A DNA stretch of 64,000 nt from contig LGGV01000001.1 of assembly GCA_001509095.1 (NCBI GenBank), forward strand, positions 3,800 through 67,799, written 5' to 3'. Of this stretch, positions 28,357-37,446 are shown in pieces. Position 1 is the first letter of the stretch, and every line of letters begins with the position of its first letter. A program made the translations under genes and the position numbers. Source of the stretch: Synergistales bacterium 58_81. Its GTDB lineage: Bacteria; Synergistota; Synergistia; Synergistales; Thermovirgaceae. Under the pieces are notes generated by a model. It was given only the letters and a program-made list of their open reading frames with translations. It did no database searches and had not been told where the DNA came from.

Positions 28357-29178
28357 ATGGTCTTGAAAGAACTAACCGTTCATATTATCCAGTCTGATGT
28401 TCTGTGGGGCAACCCCTCGGGTAATATCCCAAGGATGGAGGAGCGGCTGAGGAGGATCCCCGATGGGCCATCACTTGTCATCCTCCCCGAACTTTGGACC
28501 TGTTCCTACGACAATGCAAGGATAAGGGAACACGCCAGGCAAAGCCCCGTCGCACTGGAAATGATGTCCAGCACCTGCAGGAGAAAGGGTTTTTCCCTTG
28601 TAGGGGGGAGCATCCCCTGGGTCGGCCCGGCGGGAGAGCTTTTCAACCGCTCATTTTTCATAGGGGATTCAGGAGAGGTGATCGGTCACTACGACAAGGC
28701 CCATCTTTTCCCTCTACTGGACGAGCCTCTATTCTTCCAGGCTGGCAAGACCCCCTTCCTTTTCGAGTTCATGGGCATTCCCTCGGCGATCGCCATCTGT
28801 TTCGACATCAGATTCCCCGAATTCATACGTTCCCTGGCACTCTCGGGAGCCGAACTTGTCCTTGTACCGGCCGAATGGCCTTCGACTAGGATCGATCACT
28901 GGGAGACCCTTCTCAGGGCAAGGGCGATCGAGAACCAGGTCTTCATTGTGGGATGCAACCGGTGCGGAGAGGGAGGAGGGCAGGTCTACGGCGGTAGATC
29001 GCTGGCCTTCGGCCCCGACGGCACCCGTATCGTACTCTGCCCCGGGGACAGGGAGATGGCGGCCATGGTGCCGATCAAGCCCTCGCTGGTGAGGAAGATC
29101 AGAAAAGAACAACCTTTCACGGTTGGAAGGAACCCCCTTCTCTATCACCCGGTCACTTCCTTTGACCGCAAGGCCTGA
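28357..29178 (+). CDS. Carbon-nitrogen hydrolase family protein (nitrilase/amidase superfamily)
   Basis: Shows the E-K-C triad contexts ILPELW, KAHLFP and AICFDIRFPE. 273 aa. The start is ATG 28357 or TTG 28363. Confidence 0.85.
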   Translation: MVLKELTVHIIQSDVLWGNPSGNIPRMEERLRRIPDGPSLVILPELWTCSYDNARIREHARQSPVALEMMSSTCRRKGFSLVGGSIPWVGPAGELFNRSFFIGDSGEVIGHYDKAHLFPLLDEPLFFQAGKTPFLFEFMGIPSAIAICFDIRFPEFIRSLALSGAELVLVPAEWPSTRIDHWETLLRARAIENQVFIVGCNRCGEGGGQVYGGRSLAFGPDGTRIVLCPGDREMAAMVPIKPSLVRKIRKEQPFTVGRNPLLYHPVTSFDRKA

Positions 29179-29241
29179 AGGTGTCTGTGCTAGAATAACT
29201 CCTGTGACAGCCTACTACTGGACATTACGGAGAGTGACCCT

Positions 29242-30003
29242 ATGAATTATTACCGTGACCCTGCATCCCTCGTTGAAAAGATCTCCTCCTGGATCAGGGA
29301 AATGATAGGCTTATCGGGCATGTCCGGAGGGATCGTCGGACTGAGCGGAGGAGTCGATTCCGCTGTTGTGGCCGCTCTCCTGAAAAAGGTGTGCGGTGAC
29401 AGAATGCTAGCCGTCATAATGCCCTGCCACAGCATGGAGGAGGATCACAGGGATGCCATGAAGGTCGTGGAAGCCTTTGATCTTCCCTGGGTCAAGGTGG
29501 ATCTTGACGGAGCATACGACGCCCTCCTTGATTCACTCCCCGGCGAGGTCTCCTCCGGGAACGGGATCCATCTATCCAATATAAAGCCCAGACTCAGGAT
29601 GACCACCCTTTACTGTTTAGGGCAGAAGATGGGTCTCCTCGTCTGTGGAACGGGCAACAAGGCAGAGTTGACCATGGGGTATTTCACCAAGCATGGTGAT
29701 TCTGGTGTGGACATCCTCCCTCTCGGGGACCTTCTCAAGGGAGAGGTCAAGCTGATCGCCAGGGAGCTCGGGGTGCCTCCGGGGATAATCAAGAAACCTC
29801 CATCAGCAGGGCTCTGGGTCGGCCAGACCGACGAGGGCGAGATGGGGGTAAGCTATTCCGAGATCGACAGGTACATAGCTACCGGCAAGGCCTCGCCCCG
29901 AAGCATCGAGATCATAGAAAGGGCTCTCGTGCGCTCCGAGCACAAGAGGATAACTCCGCCGATCTGCCTGATCGGAGAGGAAAACCGGGAAAAGCAGGGG
30001 TGA
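29242..30003 (+). CDS. nadE: NAD+ synthetase, single-domain (NH3-dependent type)
   Basis: PP-loop motif GLSGGVDSAVVAAL, with TGNKAELTMGYFTKHGD. 253 aa. Confidence 0.9.
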   Translation: MNYYRDPASLVEKISSWIREMIGLSGMSGGIVGLSGGVDSAVVAALLKKVCGDRMLAVIMPCHSMEEDHRDAMKVVEAFDLPWVKVDLDGAYDALLDSLPGEVSSGNGIHLSNIKPRLRMTTLYCLGQKMGLLVCGTGNKAELTMGYFTKHGDSGVDILPLGDLLKGEVKLIARELGVPPGIIKKPPSAGLWVGQTDEGEMGVSYSEIDRYIATGKASPRSIEIIERALVRSEHKRITPPICLIGEENREKQG

Positions 30004-30010
30004 ATACCGC

Positions 30011-30763
30011 ATGTCAGGACATTCCAAATGGGCGAACATAAAGCACAGGAAATCAGCACAGGATGCAAAGAGGGGCAAGACCTTCCAGAAATATATCAGG
30101 GCCGTGATGGTGGCCTCCAGGGAGGGAGGCTCCGACCCCTCCATGAACATCAGGCTCAAGTCCGCCATTGAACGCGCCAGGGCTGCGAACGTGCCCGTGG
30201 ATACCATCGAAAAGGCGGTCAAGAAGGGCGCAGGGGACATGGAGGGTGTTACCTACGACGAGATCACCTACGAAGGGTACGGCTCAGGGGGAGTGGCGGT
30301 CTTGGTCGATGTGCTGACGGACAACAAGAACAGGACAGCTTCGGAGATGCGGCTGATCTTCAGCAGATCCGGCGGTTCCCTGGGGGAGTCCGGATGCGTA
30401 TCATGGATCTTCCAGAGAAAGGGCGTTATCCGGCTATCCGGTAAGGACCTCGACGAGGAACAGCTCCTGATGGTCTGTCTGGAGGCAGGTGCCGACGACC
30501 TTGAGAAGAACGGCGAAGGGTTCTCGGTCTACTGTGACCCGGCGGTCATGTCAGAGGTAAGGGAGACCCTGGCCGAGGCGGGGTACGTGATCGAGGGCTC
30601 AGAGATCGAGAAGCTCCCCAAGACCACGGTCCAGGTCAAGGGGAAACAGGAGGCTGAAAAGCTTCTCCGCTTTCTTGAGACCCTGGAGGACCACGATGAT
30701 GTGCAGAACGTCTACGCCAACTTCGATATCCCTGACGACATCATGGAAGAGTTGGCCGGCTGA
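30011..30763 (+). CDS. yebC: YebC/PmpR family DNA-binding regulator
   Basis: Has the MSGHSKWANIKHRK N-terminus typical of the family. 250 aa. Confidence 0.95.
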   Translation: MSGHSKWANIKHRKSAQDAKRGKTFQKYIRAVMVASREGGSDPSMNIRLKSAIERARAANVPVDTIEKAVKKGAGDMEGVTYDEITYEGYGSGGVAVLVDVLTDNKNRTASEMRLIFSRSGGSLGESGCVSWIFQRKGVIRLSGKDLDEEQLLMVCLEAGADDLEKNGEGFSVYCDPAVMSEVRETLAEAGYVIEGSEIEKLPKTTVQVKGKQEAEKLLRFLETLEDHDDVQNVYANFDIPDDIMEELAG

Positions 30764-30768
30764 ACGGG

Positions 30769-31272
30769 ATGCCGCGCGTCTGCCTTGGAATAGATCCTGG
30801 TTTGGGTAGACTGGGATACGCGATAGTAGTTCAGGAAGGGGCCCTTCTCAGGGCGGGGGAGTTCGGTTGCATATGCACAGAACCGAAGACCTCCGTTGAG
30901 AAAAGGATCCTGCAGATCCATGAACGGCTGGGATCAATTATCGAACAGTTCAACCCCGAGATAGTATCCGTTGAGCGGTTGTTCTTCGGCAAGAACACCA
31001 CCACCGCCGAGAATGTCTTTCAGGTCAGGGGAGTGGTCCTTCTCCTGGCTGCAAGTTACCGGATCCAGGTGGTCCAGCCGAAACCGTCGGAGGTAAAGCT
31101 GGCCATCTGCGGAAATGGCAGGGCTGAGAAGAGACAGGTCCAGAAGATGGTCTTCCGGATCCTTAACCTGGAGAGTTTCCCCTGCCAGGACGATGCGGCC
31201 GACGCACTGGCAATAGCTGCAACAGGCCTGGCAATGTCGGATTTCCAGATGAAGACGAAAAGTGGTGATTGA
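30769..31272 (+). CDS. ruvC: Holliday junction resolvase RuvC
   Basis: Motifs LGIDPGLGRLGYAIV and DAADALAIA. 167 aa. Confidence 0.9.
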   Translation: MPRVCLGIDPGLGRLGYAIVVQEGALLRAGEFGCICTEPKTSVEKRILQIHERLGSIIEQFNPEIVSVERLFFGKNTTTAENVFQVRGVVLLLAASYRIQVVQPKPSEVKLAICGNGRAEKRQVQKMVFRILNLESFPCQDDAADALAIAATGLAMSDFQMKTKSGD

Positions 31273-31871
31273 TCTTGCTCCACAGCCTGGAAGGCAGGGT
31301 TTCGGCAGTTGAGACCGATGGGATCGGGCTCGATGTAGGTGGTATAGGTTTTTTCCTGCTCTGCTCGAAGAGCGTCCTGAGGGACGCCGTCCATGGGAGG
31401 TCAATGAAGATCCTGACCTCTCTTCAGATAAGCGAGGCAGGTCCGTCCCTGTTCGGCTTCAGCGACGAAGAGGAGAGGGTCCTGTTCCAGCTTTTGCTCA
31501 AGGTGAGGGGCATCGGTTCGAGATTGGCTGCAACGATCCTGAGGACCCTCGATTTCAGTGACATCATCAATGCCATCGCCACCGGGAACAGTCATCTCCT
31601 CTGCCAGGTACCCGGAGTGGGGAAGAAGACTTCGGAGAGGTTATGTTTCGAGCTCAGACAGCAGATCGAAAGCTCTGGTTTTAAAAGCCTTGCAACCATG
31701 GTCTCTCCCGAGACAGCAGACACGGTCCAGTTCGTCTACGAAGCCCTGGGGACGCTGGGCTTCACGAGGAGCGAAGCCAGACCAGCCCTGGCAAGGATCT
31801 TGGCCATGAAAGAACCGGAAAGCCCGGAGCAGCTGCTCCGTGACGCTTTGGCCGAATTGAGGAAAAGTTGA
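31269..31871 (+). CDS. ruvA: Holliday junction branch migration protein RuvA
   Basis: N-terminal OB region MILLHSLEGRV...VGGIGF, and HhH motifs (VRGIGSRLA, VPGVGKKTSERL). The TTG start overlaps the ruvC stop. Confidence 0.9.
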   Translation: MILLHSLEGRVSAVETDGIGLDVGGIGFFLLCSKSVLRDAVHGRSMKILTSLQISEAGPSLFGFSDEEERVLFQLLLKVRGIGSRLAATILRTLDFSDIINAIATGNSHLLCQVPGVGKKTSERLCFELRQQIESSGFKSLATMVSPETADTVQFVYEALGTLGFTRSEARPALARILAMKEPESPEQLLRDALAELRKS

Positions 31872-31880
31872 GGTGTCCCA

Positions 31881-32948
31881 TTGAAGGATCCTGAATATGG
31901 TCTCGACCCTGTTACCATCAGCGAGGGACCGGAGGAGGAACTCTCCGGTTTCCGGCCGTCAAGGCTCGAGGAGTTCATAGGACAGAGCGAGCTCAAGAGC
32001 AAGCTTGAGATCTACATCCAGGCCGCCCGGAAACGGGGGGAACCTCTGGATCACTCTCTTTTCTACGGCCCTCCCGGACTTGGGAAGACGACCCTTGCCG
32101 GCATTATCGCCAACGAAATGGAGGGACAGCTGCGCATCACTTCGGGGCCTGCCCTTGAGAGGGCCGGTGACCTGGCTGCCATCCTTTCGAACCTTCAGCC
32201 AAGGGACGTTCTCTTCATCGATGAGATCCACCGCCTGTCCCCTGCCGTGGAGGAGATCCTCTACCCCGGGATGGAGGACTTTTCTCTGGACATCATCGTA
32301 GGGAAAGGACCTCTCGCAAGGAACATAAGGTTGCAGATACCTCCTTTCACCCTAATCGGGGCAACGACCCGTCTCGGTCTCCTCACCTCCCCGTTGCGTG
32401 CAAGGTTCGGGATAGTAGAGCAGCTTGAGCTCTACACTCCGGATGATATTTCACAGATCGTGACTCGCGGATCAAGACTCCTCTCGGTCGATATTACCTC
32501 CCAGGCGGCCTTGACGATAGCAAGGAGCGCCAGGGGAACCCCACGGGTTGCCCTCAGGCTTTTGAGGAGAGTTAGGGACGTGGCCGAGGTCAGATGTGCG
32601 CCTCGAATCGATGAAGAGCTGGCCAAGACCGCACTGGAGATGCTGGGTGTCGATTCCGAGGGGATGGACGAGCGGGACAGGAGGTACCTCAGGGCTTTGA
32701 TCGACCTCTTCGGGGGCGGTCCTGTCGGTCTGTCCACCCTCTCAGCCGCCCTGAACGAAGAGAGCCAGACCATTGAGGATATTTACGAACCCTTTCTTAT
32801 CCAGAAGGGCTTCATTGAGAGGACGCCGAGGGGGAGGAGGGCCACTATCAACGGCTACTCCTGCCTGGGAAGGATTCCTCCAAGGGACAGGCTGTCAGAG
32901 CAGGGCCTTTTTAGCCTCTTAGAAGAGGAGAACGGAGAGACCGACTGA
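31881..32948 (+). CDS. ruvB: Holliday junction DNA helicase RuvB
   Basis: Motifs [23 protein letters not shown] and [17 protein letters not shown]. Confidence 0.95.
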   Translation: MKDPEYGLDPVTISEGPEEELSGFRPSRLEEFIGQSELKSKLEIYIQAARKRGEPLDHSLFYGPPGLGKTTLAGIIANEMEGQLRITSGPALERAGDLAAILSNLQPRDVLFIDEIHRLSPAVEEILYPGMEDFSLDIIVGKGPLARNIRLQIPPFTLIGATTRLGLLTSPLRARFGIVEQLELYTPDDISQIVTRGSRLLSVDITSQAALTIARSARGTPRVALRLLRRVRDVAEVRCAPRIDEELAKTALEMLGVDSEGMDERDRRYLRALIDLFGGGPVGLSTLSAALNEESQTIEDIYEPFLIQKGFIERTPRGRRATINGYSCLGRIPPRDRLSEQGLFSLLEEENGETD

Positions 32949-32981
32949 TATGAAAGATCCTTGGAGAACGGGTGTGTGATC

Positions 32982-34367
32982 ATGAAATATTTTTTTCAAA
33001 GGACATTGATCTCGTTGGTATTCGCTACAGTGTTCCTTCAGGTCATAGCTCTCCCCGGGGAGGCCGATTCCGCACTTTTGATCGGCCTTTCCACCGGGGA
33101 CGACAGAGCCGTCTTTGCAGCCCCCAATGCTCAGATAACCCTGATCAGCTCCTCCGGCGGAAAGGCTTCCTTCAGGTCCACCGTCAACGTAGTTGCCCTC
33201 TCCCCTGGCGTCGTAAAGGCCGGTTCCGTGAACCTCAAGCTTCCCGTTACAGTAAGGAGCAATGCTCTTTTAAGGTGGAACAACAGACCCTACCGGGGTC
33301 ATTACAGGCTGGTCCAGCAGGGGGCAGGCTTCAACGTCGTCAACGTGGTGGGCGTAGAGGACTATCTCAAGGGTGTCCTGAAGATGGAGGTGAACCCTGC
33401 CTGGCCCATGGAGTCCTTGAAAGCCCAGACGATCATTGCAAGGACTTACGCCCTCAGGAACAGGGGCAGACACGGGAGCAGCGGTTTCGACCTCTGTGCA
33501 TTGAGTCACTGCCAGGTTTACAGGGGGGTTAACGCCGAGGAACGGGTACTTTCGAAATCCGTAGATCAGACAAGAGGACAGGTCCTGAAATACCAGGGCG
33601 CCTTGGCAGCCACCTTTTACCACGCCGACAGTGGAGGACACACTGCTGATGTTTCCTCCGTCTGGGGGTCAAGCATACCCTACCTGAAGGGAAGTCCCGA
33701 ACCAATGAAATACCAATCCCCCTATTCCAGTTGGACGACGACCATGAGACTTTCGGAGATACAGAGGTCCCTGTCCTCAAAGGGAATCAACGTGGGAAAG
33801 CTTACGGGTATCTCTATCTCATCAATCGACAGCGCAGGCAGGACCGCAAACGTCACTCTGACGGGAACATCGGGAAGGACCACCATAAGAGCGAGCCAGT
33901 TCAGGACCATTGTCGGCCCCGACAGGATAAGAAGCACCTTCTTCTCCATCGGTAGAGACCCAGTTGCGGCTGCTCCTGCTATCCCCTATGGCAACACCTC
34001 CCCGGGTTCCGGGGAGGATGAGCTAATCCCCCTCAATGCAAAGGACGAACAGATGCTCATAGCCTTCACCCAGCAGGGCCTTTTCAAGACCGAGGAACTG
34101 ATGGACATGCTCATAAAGCCCGAAAAGAGGGGGCTTTACCTGAGAAAAGCTCTTGAGAGACAGAGCGGACCAGGGTCTCCTCAAAAGGCTCCTTCTTTTG
34201 ACGCTCCCGTCACGGGCGATACTGTCACTTTTTCTGGCCGGGGATGGGGTCACGGCGTGGGGCTGTCGCAATGGGGCGCCAAGAGCCTGGCCGAGTCCGG
34301 CTGGGACCACAGGAAGATACTGAAGCACTACTTCCCGGGAACAGAGATATCCAGGATCTCAAACTGA
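32982..34367 (+). CDS. SpoIID/LytB domain protein (secreted peptidoglycan-remodelling factor)
   Basis: Signal-like N-terminus MKYFFQRTLISLVFATVFLQV. Motifs ESLKAQTIIARTYAL, HCQVYRG, YHADSGGHT and GRGWGHGVGLSQWGA. Confidence 0.85.
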   Translation: MKYFFQRTLISLVFATVFLQVIALPGEADSALLIGLSTGDDRAVFAAPNAQITLISSSGGKASFRSTVNVVALSPGVVKAGSVNLKLPVTVRSNALLRWNNRPYRGHYRLVQQGAGFNVVNVVGVEDYLKGVLKMEVNPAWPMESLKAQTIIARTYALRNRGRHGSSGFDLCALSHCQVYRGVNAEERVLSKSVDQTRGQVLKYQGALAATFYHADSGGHTADVSSVWGSSIPYLKGSPEPMKYQSPYSSWTTTMRLSEIQRSLSSKGINVGKLTGISISSIDSAGRTANVTLTGTSGRTTIRASQFRTIVGPDRIRSTFFSIGRDPVAAAPAIPYGNTSPGSGEDELIPLNAKDEQMLIAFTQQGLFKTEELMDMLIKPEKRGLYLRKALERQSGPGSPQKAPSFDAPVTGDTVTFSGRGWGHGVGLSQWGAKSLAESGWDHRKILKHYFPGTEISRISN

Positions 34368-34431
34368 TATGGAAGGACCTTTCAGAACCGATCTTCCTGG
34401 GCGCGAAGGCGATATGGAAGGGTCGGGATCG

Positions 34432-35466
34432 ATGTTCGACATAAACAGTTACGATTACTACCTGCCGGAGTCGATGATAGCCCAGGAACCCGCCGAACCC
34501 AGGGATTCGTCAAAGCTGTTGGTCTTGGACCGCTTCTCGGGAACGATCCGCCACAGGGTATTCCATGAGATCATGTCACTTCTGCGAGAAAAGGATCTCC
34601 TGGTGATCAACGATACCAGAGTGGCGAGGGCGCGCCTGCGGGGTGTCAAGATTGGAGGCGGGGCCAGTATTGAGGTTTTTCTTCTCAGACCTCTTCATGG
34701 GGACAGATGTGCCCTCTGGGAGGTACTGGTGCGACCGGGCAGGCGGGTAAGACCTGGCCAGCGTCTTGTCCTGGATGGAGGGATCGAGGTAGTGATCGGG
34801 GAGATGACCGTCCATGGGTCCAGGACCTGCTCCTTTCCCGAGGGGACAGATGTCTGGAAGCTGATGGAGGAGACCGGGGAGATACCCTTTCCCCCTTATA
34901 TACATAACCCTTTCATTGATCCCGAGAGATACCAGACGGTCTACGGAGTGAACCGGGGCTCGGTGGCGGCCCCTACGGCGGGTCTCCACTTTTCACCGGA
35001 ACTGCTACGGAACATAGAGGGCGCAGGGATCAGAACTGCACGGATAACCCTGAACGTTGGGCTGGGGACCTTCAGGCCGGTGAAGGAAGAGGATATCCGG
35101 ATGCACAGGATGCACTCCGAGGAGTGTACCGTCCCTGAAGCGACGGCTCTGGCCGTGAAAGAGACCAAAGATTTCGGAGGAAGGGTGGTCGCCGTGGGAA
35201 CAACGGTGGTAAGGGCCCTTGAGAGCAGGGCCGCCGAAGATGGAACGGTTACCCCAGGTTCGTTCTCCACCGAAGCCTTCTTCTACCCGGGATACCGTTT
35301 TCGGACCATCGATGCCATGATCACCAACTTTCATCTTCCCCGGAGCACCCTTCTCATGCTGGTCTGCGCCTTTGCAGGGAATGAACTGATAATGAAAGCC
35401 TACAGCGAGGCTATCGAAAGCGGCTACCGTTTCTACTCTTTTGGAGATGCAATGTTCATTCAGTGA
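34432..35466 (+). CDS. queA: S-adenosylmethionine:tRNA ribosyltransferase-isomerase
   Basis: Motifs YDYYLPESMIAQEPAEPRDSSKLLV, PPYI, VAAPTAGLHF and FYSFGDAMFI. ATG at 34432. Confidence 0.95.
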   Translation: MFDINSYDYYLPESMIAQEPAEPRDSSKLLVLDRFSGTIRHRVFHEIMSLLREKDLLVINDTRVARARLRGVKIGGGASIEVFLLRPLHGDRCALWEVLVRPGRRVRPGQRLVLDGGIEVVIGEMTVHGSRTCSFPEGTDVWKLMEETGEIPFPPYIHNPFIDPERYQTVYGVNRGSVAAPTAGLHFSPELLRNIEGAGIRTARITLNVGLGTFRPVKEEDIRMHRMHSEECTVPEATALAVKETKDFGGRVVAVGTTVVRALESRAAEDGTVTPGSFSTEAFFYPGYRFRTIDAMITNFHLPRSTLLMLVCAFAGNELIMKAYSEAIESGYRFYSFGDAMFIQ

Positions 35467-35475
35467 AACGACCAT

Positions 35476-35919
35476 TCAGAAACTCTTTCCCGGTATCCTT
35501 TCATGGAAGAATTTCCTGGCCCTGTCACAGGGTTCATCCCATATCCAATCTGCCGATATCCTCACACCGCTACCTGGAGTAGCCTGGATCTCAAAGAGCC
35601 CCGACTGCTTTATCTCCTTGAGCGCCCGGTAGGCTGTCCTCTCGGAGAGTCCAGAAAGGGAGGCAAGCTCGTTAAAGCGGCAGGTCAGATCGTGACCGTT
35701 ACTCCCGAGAAGGGAAGATATCAGGAGGATTCTCGCCGCCTGTGAAAGTGGAAGGGAGAGTACGTTGGCGACGGCCCATGAGACCTGTCTCCGGGGAGAT
35801 TGATCCCCTCCCTCCTGCAAGGTCGGAGAAAAAAGGTCACCATCTACCATCCTCTCGATCTCGGAGATCATTTCCAGTATGGAGGAGGTTTCATTCTCCT
35901 GTCGATCATTCTTTTGCAC
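35476..35919 (-). CDS. Hypothetical winged-helix/HTH protein
   Basis: 147 aa. The C-terminal half (FNELASLSGLSERTAYRALKEIKQSGLFEI) reads as an HTH followed by a wing. GTG start 4 nt after GGAGGG. It is divergent from the AmmeMemoRadiSam cassette. Confidence 0.55.
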   Translation of the reverse strand: MQKNDRQENETSSILEMISEIERMVDGDLFSPTLQEGGDQSPRRQVSWAVANVLSLPLSQAARILLISSLLGSNGHDLTCRFNELASLSGLSERTAYRALKEIKQSGLFEIQATPGSGVRISADWIWDEPCDRARKFFHERIPGKSF

Positions 35920-35997
35920 CTGTCCCTCCAGTCTTCGCAGGGATGAACCCGGTTCTTCTCCCCCCGAATCTCTTCTGAAAGGATCGGGGGGTCTGGT

Positions 35998-36026
35998 TGG
36001 AAAATCATTCTCCGCCTGTCATAATA
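35998..36026 (+). promoter_or_regulatory. Putative promoter of the AmmeMemoRadiSam-type cassette
   Basis: TTGGAA (35998-36003), a 17-nt spacer, then the extended -10 TGtCATAAT (-10 hexamer at 36021-36026). It sits about 40 nt upstream of ATG 36068, which has a GGGAGGG RBS. Confidence 0.4.
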
Positions 36027-36067
36027 CATGAAAAGAGGTTTTTAAAGAATCTCCGGGAGGGATTGCC

Positions 36068-36862
36068 ATGTGGACTATGGGTTTCCTTCTGCCTCATGCT
36101 CCTATACTTGTCCCTGAGGTAGCAGCAAGGTCTGGATCCGGGACCGCAAAGACCCTGGAGGGACTTCGATCCGTCGGCGGAAGACTGAAGGAACTTGCCC
36201 CCGACCATATCCTTCTCCTGGACCCTCACGCCGTTTCCGACAGGACTTTCACCGTGGTGAATCCCGGGAGTTTCGTGGGGGACCTTGGTGATTTCGGAGC
36301 CCGGTCCGTATCGATCACACTGGAGGGAGCAGCGGAGGAGGGGGAAAGGCTTTTCGAACATATCTCCTCTTTTATCCCCTCTTCTTCCTACAGACCTTCC
36401 AAAGTCGACCTGGATTACGCCGCTGTCGTACCCCTTCATCTCCTCGGTCCATTACTTGGGAAGACCCCCTCAATGGTCCTGGCCAATCCAACAACAATAG
36501 ATTACCGTCAGGCTTTCGAACTGGGGAGACACCTCAGGAAGTTCGTTTCGAGGAGGAAGTGGGGACTTGTGGCAAGCGGCGATCTTTCACACCGTCTGAC
36601 CAGGAACGCCCCGTCCGGTTTTCACCCCGACGGCAGGGTACTGGACGAAGCCATAGTTGAAGCCCTTAAGAGATCCTCTCCCGACCCCGTATTTAGCCTT
36701 CCCGATCAGGTCATCAGAAATGCCGGTGAGTGCGGACTCCGATCCGTACTTGCGCTCATAGGACTTTCAATGAGCGGTCCGATCGAGGTCATATCCTACG
36801 AGTTTCCCTTTGGGGTCGGTTATGCCACGGCTCTTCTGGACTTGTCCGGGGAGGGGAAATAA
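36068..36862 (+). CDS. Memo/LigB-superfamily (class III extradiol dioxygenase-like) protein; candidate AmmeMemoRadiSam component B
   Basis: 264 aa with LLPHAP, LLLDPHAV, ASGDLSHRL and AGECG. It is the first gene of the three-gene cassette. Confidence 0.65.
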   Translation: MWTMGFLLPHAPILVPEVAARSGSGTAKTLEGLRSVGGRLKELAPDHILLLDPHAVSDRTFTVVNPGSFVGDLGDFGARSVSITLEGAAEEGERLFEHISSFIPSSSYRPSKVDLDYAAVVPLHLLGPLLGKTPSMVLANPTTIDYRQAFELGRHLRKFVSRRKWGLVASGDLSHRLTRNAPSGFHPDGRVLDEAIVEALKRSSPDPVFSLPDQVIRNAGECGLRSVLALIGLSMSGPIEVISYEFPFGVGYATALLDLSGEGK

Positions 36863-37440
36863 TGGCCGGACTTGGTAGATCGGTGAAGGGTGACGTACAC
36901 CCCTACGTGGAGCTCGCAAGGAGAGCGGTCCGGTTGACCGCTCTCGGACAGGACCCCTTTCGCCACCTTGATCCCCGTGAATATGCTGAAAAGGCGGAGA
37001 TGACAATAAAACGGGGTTGCTTCGTCTCGATCAGGATGGTTCACACGGGAGAGTTGAGAGGGTGCATCGGGACGATCAGACCGACCCGCAAGAATCTCTG
37101 GGAAGAGATAGTCGCCAATGCTGCCGCCGCGGCATCGAAGGACCCAAGGTTCCCCCCCCTTGGACCGGACGAGGTAGAGAAATGCCGGGTTTCGGTGGAT
37201 ATCCTTGACGAGCCCTCACCTGTCAGGGATCTTTCCGAGCTGGATCCCTCAGTTTTCGGTGTGATCGTCGAAAAGTCGGGTAGAAGGGGTGTCCTTCTCC
37301 CTGATCTTGATGGAGTGGACAGCGTGGAACAGCAGCTGTCGATCGCCATGAGGAAGGCCGGGATCGGATCGTTGGATGGTGTAAGGATATTTCGCTTCAA
37401 GGTCCTTCGATTCTCCGAGGGGAAACCGGAGAAGGATTGA
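36862..37440 (+). CDS. AMMECR1 domain protein (AmmeMemoRadiSam component A)
   Basis: 192 aa with ELRGCIGTI, DPRFPPL and GVLLPD. ATG 36862 overlaps the previous TAA (TAATG). Confidence 0.9.
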   Translation: MAGLGRSVKGDVHPYVELARRAVRLTALGQDPFRHLDPREYAEKAEMTIKRGCFVSIRMVHTGELRGCIGTIRPTRKNLWEEIVANAAAAASKDPRFPPLGPDEVEKCRVSVDILDEPSPVRDLSELDPSVFGVIVEKSGRRGVLLPDLDGVDSVEQQLSIAMRKAGIGSLDGVRIFRFKVLRFSEGKPEKD

Positions 37441-37446
37441 TGATAA

